DNA from: an uncultured archaeon
Lineage (GTDB): Archaea > Aenigmatarchaeota > Aenigmatarchaeia > PWEA01 > JAGHBM01
Reading direction: 5' to 3'
DNA: 64,000 nt
Assembly: GCA_964640225.1 (NCBI GenBank)
Contig: CAZXFI010000001.1
Location: 51,507 to 115,506 of the forward strand
Shown: positions 8,581 to 16,371 of the stretch, one piece after another
Numbering within the stretch: the first letter of the stretch is position 1
Layout of the letters: every line of letters begins with the position of its first letter
Translations under genes and position numbers: made by a program
The notes under the pieces: model-generated
The model's input: only the letters and a program-made list of their open reading frames with translations
Databases searched by the model: none
Told to the model about the DNA's origin: nothing

Positions 8581-10079
8581 CTGGTAGAAAAGGCATTGCC
8601 ATAGGAATAGCCCTTTTGATAGGATTTTTCTTGGCAATGGGAGGCATTCTCCTGGCAATACTCGGCTTCACGCTGGGCCTGACCCAGGCAATAACCATGG
8701 AAACTGCATACGACGCCAAAACCCTCATAGAGGACAAGCTCCATTTTGACTCGGAAAGGCACTACCTTGAGAACGGGCTCTGGGTCGCCGGGGCTTACGC
8801 CGCCTTCAAGAACGGGGAAAACGGGGGCATATACAACGACGGGTGGGACACCTGCTCCGGCTACGTTTGCTGGAGGGACCACGACGACCTGAAAATACCA
8901 CCGGAGAATCAGGTAACTGACGAGGTTTTTGAAAGAACCGACGACACCTTTCAGGATTATTTTTCAAACACGGAGTACACCGTGATGGAAGAAACTCCTT
9001 TGGGGGAGCCGGATATAACCCCGCTGGAAATGGAATACGACAGGCAGGAATTCAGTTTTTCCTACAGGATAGCCGAGCTGAACCTTTCCGGCGATTCATA
9101 CGACCAGTCGCACGAAATGAGGGAGAGACGCGTCTGGATTAACACCACAATTCCCATCAGGTACCTCAGCCTTTACGATGACGCCTCCGGCTTTGCCACG
9201 AACTCGCGCACAAGGCTCAACGACAAGGTAATAGACGCGCTGGACGACGTGACCGTGTGCAAGGGCCAGGGCCAGCTCACGCAGAGCGCCGCGCAGAACA
9301 AGATTCAGGACGCTCTTGACGGAATAGCGGGAGACGAAACAAACGGATTTGAGTGGGAACTGCAGCTGCTTCAGATAGACGACTTTGAGGAAGTACAGGG
9401 CCCGCCCAACCTGAGGTACAGGATAGTTTTCACGGTTCTCGTTACCGTGAGGGACAAGGAGGACGGAAGGAGGGTTCCGAACACCGACAGCGTGGAGAAG
9501 CTGGGAATTAGGTTTGCTTTGAAAGATGAGATAGTCTTTGATAGGGTTGTTTACCAGATATGCGACTGCGGGGTGGAGTGCACGGGCCAGTCCAAATGCC
9601 AGGGCGAGACCATACCCGCGGACACATGCGACGGTAGCGTCAGGGTGATATGGAGGGTTGAAGGGACCACCACGAGCGAGGCCCCGGGAGACTGCTCCTC
9701 CGGAGACGACTGCTACTGCGAGAAGAGGATTGAATGCGCTCCGGCACCTTGCTGCGTGGATGTTTGCTGCGCCGCGGGCGAGTCGTGCTGCGGAGGCACC
9801 ACCTGCTGTGGCAATGCCTGTTGTGGAGGGACGTGCTGTGGAGCAGGGGACTTCTGCTGTGACGACAAGTGCTGCAGCGGCGATTCCTGCTGCGGTACCA
9901 CGTGCTGCTCAAGCACCTGCTGCGACGGGAACTCGTGCTGCACGGACACGTGCATCGGCGGCTCCTGTGTGGACTGCGGAGGCTGCAGTTGCGCACCAAT
10001 GGGCCCGTGCCAGTTCGGTACATGCCCGCTTGCATGCTGCCCCGGCTGCATAGGAATATGCTGTGCCCCTGGGCCTTAA
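8577..10079 (+). CDS. Large secreted pilin-like protein (class III signal MTGRKG-IAIGIALLIGFF) with an extreme C-terminal CC-dipeptide repeat domain
   Basis: 500 aa. The C-terminal roughly 110 residues read CCVDVCCAAGESCCGGTTCCGNACCGGTCCGAGDFCCDDKCCSGDSCCGTTCCSSTCCDGNSCC. The DNA shows TGCTGC recurring about every 21 nt. Confidence 0.6.
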   Translation: MTGRKGIAIGIALLIGFFLAMGGILLAILGFTLGLTQAITMETAYDAKTLIEDKLHFDSERHYLENGLWVAGAYAAFKNGENGGIYNDGWDTCSGYVCWRDHDDLKIPPENQVTDEVFERTDDTFQDYFSNTEYTVMEETPLGEPDITPLEMEYDRQEFSFSYRIAELNLSGDSYDQSHEMRERRVWINTTIPIRYLSLYDDASGFATNSRTRLNDKVIDALDDVTVCKGQGQLTQSAAQNKIQDALDGIAGDETNGFEWELQLLQIDDFEEVQGPPNLRYRIVFTVLVTVRDKEDGRRVPNTDSVEKLGIRFALKDEIVFDRVVYQICDCGVECTGQSKCQGETIPADTCDGSVRVIWRVEGTTTSEAPGDCSSGDDCYCEKRIECAPAPCCVDVCCAAGESCCGGTTCCGNACCGGTCCGAGDFCCDDKCCSGDSCCGTTCCSSTCCDGNSCCTDTCIGGSCVDCGGCSCAPMGPCQFGTCPLACCPGCIGICCAPGP

Positions 10080-10095
10080 GAGGTGAAAAGGGAAA

Positions 10096-10683
10096 ATGAA
10101 AGGAGACATATCCCCGTGGGTCTTGATAACGATAATAATAGTCTTCATAGCCCTGGGAATCACGCTTGTCGCGCTTTACCAGGCCAGGCTCCAGGAGGGA
10201 GTAGATGAGGCCATAACGGAAACGGACATACCGGTTGCTGGTGACGATGAACTTTCAACTTGCACGGACAGCGACGGGGGCAGAAATTATTTTACCGAGG
10301 GCAGTGTTACCACGTACACGGAAACTTATGACGACGAATGTGACTCGGGGCAGGCCACGGAACACCTGTGCCTGACGGTCATGGACGAGGTAGACACGGT
10401 TACCTATGTTTGCCCCAACGGCTGCGACGGGAACGCATGCAGCGACACACCCCATGTACTAGACGAATGCGAGGACAGTGACGGGGGCAAAAACTACTTT
10501 GCCCAAGGCACGGTGACTCTGGGCCCGGAAATCTACCAGGACGAGTGCAAGCCTATAGGAGACCAGAGTGTCCTAGTGAAGGAATACTTCTGTGAAAAGG
10601 AGGAGGACAACCCGGTTGAAGTGAAGTATACCATTTACCAATGTCCTATTCTTTGTGAAGGAGGGGCTTGCTTAGAGGGTTGA
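10096..10683 (+). CDS. Secreted protein with class III signal (MKG-DISPWVLITIIIVFIAL) and two tandem Cys-containing repeats of about 60 aa with a C-[TE]-DSDGG-[RK]-NYF motif
   Basis: The repeats CTDSDGGRNYFTEG...CPNGCDGNAC and CEDSDGGKNYFAQG...CPILCEGGAC are visible in the translation. Confidence 0.55.
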   Translation: MKGDISPWVLITIIIVFIALGITLVALYQARLQEGVDEAITETDIPVAGDDELSTCTDSDGGRNYFTEGSVTTYTETYDDECDSGQATEHLCLTVMDEVDTVTYVCPNGCDGNACSDTPHVLDECEDSDGGKNYFAQGTVTLGPEIYQDECKPIGDQSVLVKEYFCEKEEDNPVEVKYTIYQCPILCEGGACLEG

Positions 10684-10687
10684 TAAA

Positions 10688-11068
10688 ATGAGTAAGGGAG
10701 TTTCATTCTGGGTCATGATAACCATAGTTGCCGTTCTTATACTGCTGGTGGTTATAGCTTCAGGACTGGTCAACCTCAACCCCCAGGGAAGGATAGATGA
10801 CACAATGGGAGAGGTTGAAATCAAAGGGGCATGCGACCATTTTCAATGCCCGCAGGGCTCTTGTTGCAAGGAAGGTGGGGGAACAGACTACCAGACCAGG
10901 CAGTGCATAAAGAACGACACGGAAAGCTTAAGAGACACCTGTACTGACGCCACCGGTGAGAGGCTTGGCTCAACCTACGTAAAGGAATATTATTGCGATG
11001 GGAATATCATAAGGGCAGACATACACTACTGCGGCACGAACAGTTGCATGAACGGAGCCTGCACCTGA
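10688..11068 (+). CDS. Small secreted Cys-rich protein with class III signal (MSKG-VSFWVMITIVAVLIL), related to the C-terminal repeat of the upstream gene
   Basis: KEYYCDGN...YCGTNSCMNGACT resembles KEYFCEKEED...YQCPILCEGGACLEG of 10096..10683. Confidence 0.5.
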   Translation: MSKGVSFWVMITIVAVLILLVVIASGLVNLNPQGRIDDTMGEVEIKGACDHFQCPQGSCCKEGGGTDYQTRQCIKNDTESLRDTCTDATGERLGSTYVKEYYCDGNIIRADIHYCGTNSCMNGACT

Positions 11069-11104
11069 TTGAGCAAGAATTTAAATGATTAAGATGAAAT
11101 CTTA

Positions 11105-12553
11105 TTGTGGTTAATGATGGCAAGCGTGATTTTCCGGATAATCGCCATAATAGCCGCTCTTATTGTTCTCAGCATAGCCATAATTTTCATGCTCGGCCTT
11201 CCGATGGAAGAATCGGCCGAGGTGCTTCGGCAGGAGCAGATTGACCAGCAGGTGGACAAATTGTGCCCCTCCTCCAGGCAGTCGCCTACCATGGTTTTTC
11301 TTCAGCTAAACGGCGACTGCGGGCGGTGTGAAAACCCCGGTCCGCCCCCCTGCAACCCGTTCTGCAACGACGCCTCAGCCTGGTACCAAGTCTGCCAAGA
11401 TGAAAGGCCCGACGGAGAGGTAACTGTGGCAGATTATTGGCAATGTGACGCTCCGGAGGGGGGTAGTTGTATGGTTACCAAGATATCATACTACCAGTGG
11501 GTATACAACGGATGCCGTTTATCAAGAATCAATCCCATACTTGGTTTCAACGATTACAGGATTTACAAGGGCACGGACCCCACGGGCGACCTGGACTTTG
11601 AAGAATGGGACAACTGCAGCGAAGGCTATGGAATGGGCTCCAGGTGGTGGGATTTATTCTGTGCCGATGACGAATGCAAATACATCTCAAGCGTGAGTCC
11701 AATCCTGGACAATAAAGGAGTTTACGGGGAGGGACAAGACTTGTATTTCTCTATAAATTTTGTCACTGCTATAAAAGACCCGTACGACAGACTGCTTAAT
11801 CCCGAATACGGCATCTGCGAGGGAACTGTCTGCAAAAGGCATGAAGAGGAGTTCCACCACTATGAACTGAAAGTAGCGGGAAGGTACTGCTGCCCTGAGG
11901 GCACGGAGTGGAACACGGACTTCCAGGCATGCTGCGGGGAGGATGACTGCGCGGACGCCGACTGCAGGGAAATCGGGGGCACCTGGCTCTACGGTGAATG
12001 CTGGTTCATGGGAAGCGGCGGGGAAAGCTGCAGCGAGGTTTGCGAGGACAAAAACGCGGTGTGCAAGAATCCGGATGACTGGGCGAGCGTGCCGAAAGAC
12101 TGCGCGCTTCACGAGGAGGTTTTCAAGGACATGGGACTTTATCCCGTGCCGTTTAACTGCACTTTTTGCCTTCAGAACATGCTGCCTCCGCCAGAATGGT
12201 ATTCCCCGTATTCAGGCTCCCTGACAAAATGCTATTACAAAAACAACGAGGCCCCGCCACCCTTTGACGATTACATGTGCGACGCGGTGGCTCCGGGAGG
12301 CAAGCCCAGAATCTGCGCCTGCGAGCCCCTTTGCCCCGGGCCGGACCTGAACGGCCGCGTTCCCGCTCCCAGTTATTTTGCCGGGACGTGCCAGGGCGGG
12401 TGCCACGGCGATTATTACTACCACACGGGCTATGGAAGGTGTTACTGGGACTACCTGGGGCACGCGGAAAACGACCCGTGGGGCGAATCATGCATATGGA
12501 GACATTCGGCGGACTGCGCCGAGGCCCAGTGCACGGCCGCGGGCTGCATCTGA
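11105..12553 (+). CDS. Large N-terminally anchored extracellular Cys-rich protein (paralog A)
   Basis: N-terminal helix IFRIIAIIAALIVLSIAIIFMLGL. About 40 Cys. Shares blocks with 12567..13976 (CCPEGTEWNTDFQACCGEDDC, GECWFMGSGGESCSEVCED, CALHEE, RICACEPLCPG). Confidence 0.55.
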   Translation: MWLMMASVIFRIIAIIAALIVLSIAIIFMLGLPMEESAEVLRQEQIDQQVDKLCPSSRQSPTMVFLQLNGDCGRCENPGPPPCNPFCNDASAWYQVCQDERPDGEVTVADYWQCDAPEGGSCMVTKISYYQWVYNGCRLSRINPILGFNDYRIYKGTDPTGDLDFEEWDNCSEGYGMGSRWWDLFCADDECKYISSVSPILDNKGVYGEGQDLYFSINFVTAIKDPYDRLLNPEYGICEGTVCKRHEEEFHHYELKVAGRYCCPEGTEWNTDFQACCGEDDCADADCREIGGTWLYGECWFMGSGGESCSEVCEDKNAVCKNPDDWASVPKDCALHEEVFKDMGLYPVPFNCTFCLQNMLPPPEWYSPYSGSLTKCYYKNNEAPPPFDDYMCDAVAPGGKPRICACEPLCPGPDLNGRVPAPSYFAGTCQGGCHGDYYYHTGYGRCYWDYLGHAENDPWGESCIWRHSADCAEAQCTAAGCI

Positions 12554-12566
12554 TGCGGTGAAAAAG

Positions 12567-13976
12567 ATGAGCAAGGAAAATTTTTTCGGTGTGTTGATAA
12601 CAATCGTGATAATGCTTTTGGTTCTCGTGATAATAACCGGAAGCCTGTCCAACGTGGACTCCCTGGGGAAGACAGACGAGGCCATGGAGCAGTCCATGGG
12701 GCTTGCCGACACCTTCAAGGTGCCCTACACCCTGTGCGGCGACGGAAGGATGTCCGGGGGCTACCAGAGGACCATTGACACCGCGGGCGAGGCTACCGTC
12801 TTTTTCAGGGAACTGAGCGGGACTTTTGACTGCTCCCTGGAAGGCACCGGCGAGGGGGAGTGCATAATATACGGGCTTTACAGGAGAGAGTGGTGCGCAG
12901 ACGGCGGGTTCCTTTGCGGGAACGGCAACGGGGAGAACATAGGCACCTACCAGTTCACCGTGGACTCAGGGGAACCGGAGCTTGCCCTTGACTTCACCCC
13001 GGAATGCGTGGACAACGTCAATGTCCAGGGCTGCTGCGTAAATCCGAAAAAGGGAGACGGAAGGGACTGGCTCTGCGACTGGTGGATTTACGAGTGGACT
13101 TATTACGGAGACAAGGGATTCCTCAACATAACCGTGGGAAACGGGGAAAGCGTGGATGTCTGGAGCAGGTTCGCCGACAAGTGGGAAGGAGGCGCGGTGG
13201 AGGACCCGCACAACTGCAGCTACGGGGGCGACATGTACCAGTTCCACAAGGAAAGCTACAAGTACAAGAATGGGGAGCTGGCCGTCAGATACGTAAAATG
13301 CTGTCCCAATGGTTACACGTGGAACGATAATTATAAAACATGCTGCTATGACGAGGCCTGCACCAACTACCTGTGCAGATACCCGGCCTTTTTCATGTTC
13401 GGGACCTGCTGGATGGTTAGCGAACCCGGGGAAAGCTGCGAGCAGGCCTGCCTGAGAACGGGAAAGACCTGCAGCCTTGAAGCGCTTGAGAACGCGATTT
13501 CTGAAGGCCTGGAAGACAACTGCGACCTGCACGCGGAGGCCGGCTACGCATGCGCAAACTGCAACGAGGCCACGGGATCGGAAAACACGCTTGCCCCGTA
13601 CTTTGACCCCCCCGGCGACTGCTACTATTACAGCGAGGCCGAGGCCGCGGCAAACCCGTTTGACTGCGGGACATCGGACCCGGGCCTGAACAGGATATGC
13701 CCCTGCAAGCTCACCGGAAAAACCGGTGAAGATTATAAATGCGACCATCTGGTCCACGAGCCCGGAACCTGCATGGACGAGGACGGGGGGCTTGTCTGGG
13801 ACGTGGCTGCCTGCGTGATAAACGACAGTTATTCGTGGAGGGACCAGTGCCATGACCCCGGCACGGGAGCCAGCGTGCCGGAGAGCAATACTTTAAGAGA
13901 GCATTTCTGCGGCTCCGGTGACGTTATAGGAACACAGCTCCATTCCTGTGCGTGCAGAGACGGGACCTGCGTCTAG
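12567..13976 (+). CDS. Large N-terminally anchored extracellular Cys-rich protein (paralog B); start taken at ATG 12567 rather than the 12378 track start
   Basis: MSKENFFGVLITIVIMLLVLVIITGSL helix. Shares blocks with paralog A (CCPNGYTWNDNYKTCCYDEAC, GTCWMVSEPGESCEQACLRTGKTC, CDLHAE, RICPCKLTG). The 12378 extension overlaps the upstream gene. Confidence 0.55.
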   Translation: MSKENFFGVLITIVIMLLVLVIITGSLSNVDSLGKTDEAMEQSMGLADTFKVPYTLCGDGRMSGGYQRTIDTAGEATVFFRELSGTFDCSLEGTGEGECIIYGLYRREWCADGGFLCGNGNGENIGTYQFTVDSGEPELALDFTPECVDNVNVQGCCVNPKKGDGRDWLCDWWIYEWTYYGDKGFLNITVGNGESVDVWSRFADKWEGGAVEDPHNCSYGGDMYQFHKESYKYKNGELAVRYVKCCPNGYTWNDNYKTCCYDEACTNYLCRYPAFFMFGTCWMVSEPGESCEQACLRTGKTCSLEALENAISEGLEDNCDLHAEAGYACANCNEATGSENTLAPYFDPPGDCYYYSEAEAAANPFDCGTSDPGLNRICPCKLTGKTGEDYKCDHLVHEPGTCMDEDGGLVWDVAACVINDSYSWRDQCHDPGTGASVPESNTLREHFCGSGDVIGTQLHSCACRDGTCV

Positions 13977-14017
13977 CCTGAAATTTATTTAAGCAAGTAC
14001 AATAATTAAGGGATAAC

Positions 14018-14389
14018 ATGAAAGGACTTTCCATTTCAACCAACGTCCTGGTGGCGCTGGCCATAGCGCTCATAGTGCTCCTGGCACTGGTTTCCATGCT
14101 CATGGGAATAGTCCCGGGAACCTCGGAGGCCCTGGGCTGCGAGGCCGACTTCCGGGTGCAGTGCAACAGGTTCATAGCCGCGGGAGGCTGCAAGGAGACT
14201 TCGGGGATGAGCATACTGGACGGATGTATCGGAGTTACGGATAACTGTCCCGGTGCTGAGGGCTACGACGAAGACTGCAGGTTCGTGAAATGCAGCACGG
14301 CAGACTGCGCCCTGGGAACGCTAATTGGAAGCGAAATAGAGGCGGCGTGCTGCGGAACCGAGACCACGACCACCACCGTGGGTCCCTGA
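14018..14389 (+). CDS. Small secreted Cys-rich protein with class III signal (MKG-LSISTNVLVALAIALIVLLAL) and C-terminal Thr run
   Basis: K-G-L motif plus a hydrophobic helix. 11 Cys. Ends TETTTTTVGP. Confidence 0.5.
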   Translation: MKGLSISTNVLVALAIALIVLLALVSMLMGIVPGTSEALGCEADFRVQCNRFIAAGGCKETSGMSILDGCIGVTDNCPGAEGYDEDCRFVKCSTADCALGTLIGSEIEAACCGTETTTTTVGP

Positions 14390-14467
14390 AAATAAACTTT
14401 AAATATTTCTGAGTTTATTTAGTATTACTGACAAGTAAACAGAGCTTACGGAGGTGTACAAAAATCA

Positions 14468-14492
14468 CTGAGAACAGGTTCTCAGGTTTTTT
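14468..14492 (+). promoter_or_regulatory. Perfect 8-bp hairpin (CTGAGAAC-AG-GTTCTCAG) followed by T6, in the alba leader between two copies of GGAGGTGTACAAAAAT
   Basis: Read directly from the sequence. The first 16-nt copy is at 14450-14465; the second at 14504-14519 carries the alba SD and ATG. Confidence 0.35.
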
Positions 14493-14517
14493 GTAACTGT
14501 AATGGAGGTGTACAAAA

Positions 14518-14808
14518 ATGGCAGAGAAAAAAGGAAAGGCAGACGAAAACATGATATTCGTGGGAAAGAAGCCTACGATGTCTTACGTTCTGGCTTGCGT
14601 GACGCAGTTCAACAGCGGCCTCAAGGAAATCCACATAAAGGCCAGGGGAAAAGCGATTTCAAAGGCCGTGGATGTCGCGGAGATAACCAAGAACAGGTTT
14701 GCAGAGGGTGCAAAAATAAAGGACATAAACATAGGCACCGACGAGATAGAGTCTGAAGAAGGGGACAAGCTGAACGTCTCCACCATAGACATAGGCCTTG
14801 TGAAATAA
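14518..14808 (+). CDS. alba: Alba (Sso10b/Sac10b family chromatin and RNA-binding protein)
   Basis: 96 aa. Motifs [38 protein letters not shown] and VSTIDIGL are typical of Alba. SD GGAGGTG lies 7 nt upstream. Confidence 0.85.
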   Translation: MAEKKGKADENMIFVGKKPTMSYVLACVTQFNSGLKEIHIKARGKAISKAVDVAEITKNRFAEGAKIKDINIGTDEIESEEGDKLNVSTIDIGLVK

Positions 14809-14816
14809 AATACGTC

Positions 14817-14848
14817 AGGGGAACGAACCCCTCCTTTTGTTTTATTTT
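14817..14848 (+). terminator. Hairpin AGGGG-AACGAA-CCCCT followed by a T-rich tract (CCTTTTGTTTTATTTT) after alba
   Basis: Stem-loop plus oligo-T, the usual archaeal termination signal. The psmA promoter (TATA 14866-14874) follows. Confidence 0.4.
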
Positions 14849-14914
14849 GGGAAATGACAGAAACCTTTTTAAATGTGCGAGCCCAAAAGTGATTATTATT
14901 ACGGAGGTTATTTA

Positions 14915-15628
14915 ATGGAAATTATGCCTGATATGGGCAAGATGGGTTATGACAGGGCCATTGTCACCTTCTCGCCCGAAGGAAGATTATTTCAGGTAGA
15001 GTATGCAAGAGAAGCTGTTAAGAGAGGTTCAACTTCAGTAGCCGTAACTTTCAAGAATGGTATAGTATTGGTAGCAGCCAAGCATGTTGATAAGCTGTCC
15101 GCGGAAAATTCCATGAACGAGAAAATACAGCAGGTAGACGAGCACATAGGCGTTGTATCCTCCGGACTGCTCGGAGACGCCAGGGTGGTTATAGACAAGG
15201 CCAGAATAAAGTCACAGATACATAAGGTGACCTATGACGAGAAGATAGACACGCCTACGCTCGCCAAGTACATTTCAGACCTGAAACAGCTCCACACCCA
15301 GTACGCAGGGCTCAGGCCCATGGGAATCTCGTTTTTGATAACCGGGGTGGATGAAAACCCCGTGATATTTGAGACGGACCCCGGGGGCTCCATGTTTGAA
15401 TGGAAAGCCCAGGCAATAGGAAGGGGGGTGGAGACTGCGAGGAAGATTCTGGAAAAGGAATGGAAAGACGGCATGGACAGGGAAAAAGCTATTTCTCTTG
15501 CGCTGAAAGCCCTTAAGAAGTCCGAGAAAGGACTCACAAAGGAATACGTTGAACTGGCCGTGATAGACAAGAAAGGACTTGTAAAGTACAAGGGCAGGGA
15601 AAAAATAAGGATGTTAAAAGGATTTTAA
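14915..15628 (+). CDS. psmA: Proteasome alpha subunit
   Basis: MGYDRAIVTFSPEGRLFQVEYAREAVKRGSTSVAV is the canonical alpha-subunit N-terminus. The 14873 track start lies inside the TATA box TTTTTAAATG. SD GGAGGT lies 8 nt upstream of ATG 14915. Confidence 0.9.
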   Translation: MEIMPDMGKMGYDRAIVTFSPEGRLFQVEYAREAVKRGSTSVAVTFKNGIVLVAAKHVDKLSAENSMNEKIQQVDEHIGVVSSGLLGDARVVIDKARIKSQIHKVTYDEKIDTPTLAKYISDLKQLHTQYAGLRPMGISFLITGVDENPVIFETDPGGSMFEWKAQAIGRGVETARKILEKEWKDGMDREKAISLALKALKKSEKGLTKEYVELAVIDKKGLVKYKGREKIRMLKGF

Positions 15629-15638
15629 CCGGTAATTT

Positions 15639-16355
15639 GTGGGGAATGTTATGTCCATTTCTCTGGAAAAGGCAGTAATAGCCAGACTGAGTTCGTATGG
15701 CAAGGATTTTGAGATTCTTGTGGACCCATACAGGGCCCTGGAAGTCAAGAAAGGCAGGGACGCGGCTCTTGAAGACCTGGTGGTCATAGAGGAAGTCTTT
15801 GAAGACTCCGCAAAGGGGGAAAAAGCCTCCTCAGAGGACCTGAAAAAAGCTTTTAATACTTTAGATTTCAAGACTATTGCCTATCGCATAATAAGAAAGG
15901 GCGACGTGCAGCTCACCACGGAACAGAGAAGAAAGATGAAAGAGGAAAAGACGAAAAAAATCGTGGACATGATAGCAAGAAGGGCTATGGACCCGCAGAA
16001 AAACGTTCCGCACACGCCGCGGAGGATATTAAAAGCGATGGAAGAGGCGAAAGTGCACGTGGATGAAACGCAAAGCGCGGAATCCCAGGTGGAAAAAATC
16101 GTGGACGCCCTGAAGCCCATAATACCCATAAGCATTGAATCACTGGAAATCATGGTCAAAGTGCCTCCCCAGTACACGGGAAAGGCCTACGGAAAGATAT
16201 CGGAATTCGGCAAGCTCAGGAAGGATGAATGGAGAAACGACGGATGCTGGGTTGCCGTGGTGGAAATACCCGCGGGCCTGCAGGGGGAATTTTACAACCT
16301 CCTGAATTCCCTCACGAAAGGGGAGGGGGAGGCGAAAATCGTAAAGAAATCTTAG
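15639..16355 (+). CDS. SBDS/Sdo1 ribosome maturation protein homolog
   Basis: LEKAVIARLSSYGKDFEILVDPYRALEVKKGRD matches the SBDS N-terminal (FYSH) domain. Conserved position between psmA and rrp4 in archaeal exosome superoperons. Confidence 0.8.
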   Translation: MGNVMSISLEKAVIARLSSYGKDFEILVDPYRALEVKKGRDAALEDLVVIEEVFEDSAKGEKASSEDLKKAFNTLDFKTIAYRIIRKGDVQLTTEQRRKMKEEKTKKIVDMIARRAMDPQKNVPHTPRRILKAMEEAKVHVDETQSAESQVEKIVDALKPIIPISIESLEIMVKVPPQYTGKAYGKISEFGKLRKDEWRNDGCWVAVVEIPAGLQGEFYNLLNSLTKGEGEAKIVKKS

Positions 16356-16371
16356 ATTAAGAGGTGTATAT

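Noticed and set aside
9640-10163. Four long ORFs on both strands (9640..10035 -, 9713..10051 -, 9658..10053 +, 9909..10163 -) overlapping the 3' end of gene 8577..10079
   Set aside because: They are artefacts of the GC-rich TGCTGC codon repeat, which is stop-free in several frames. Their products are Pro/Ala/Arg-rich low-complexity sequences. The sense frame carries the class III signal peptide and is translationally coupled to its neighbours.
12378-12566. 189-nt 5' extension of gene 12567..13976 (track start 12378)
   Set aside because: It overlaps the 3' end of the upstream paralog in another frame and encodes an Arg/Ala/Thr-rich low-complexity peptide. ATG 12567 has a GGTGA SD and begins the hydrophobic anchor.
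12966-13853. 295-aa antisense ORF inside paralog B
   Set aside because: Antisense to a gene with a clear paralog-supported frame. Ala/Val/Gly-rich translation typical of antisense GC-rich DNA.
14873-14914. Upstream ATG start for psmA (ORF track 14873)
   Set aside because: The ATG sits inside the TATA-like box TTTTTAAATG. The SD GGAGGT at 14902-14907 serves ATG 14915, and MEIMPDMGKMGYDRA aligns with proteasome alpha N-termini.
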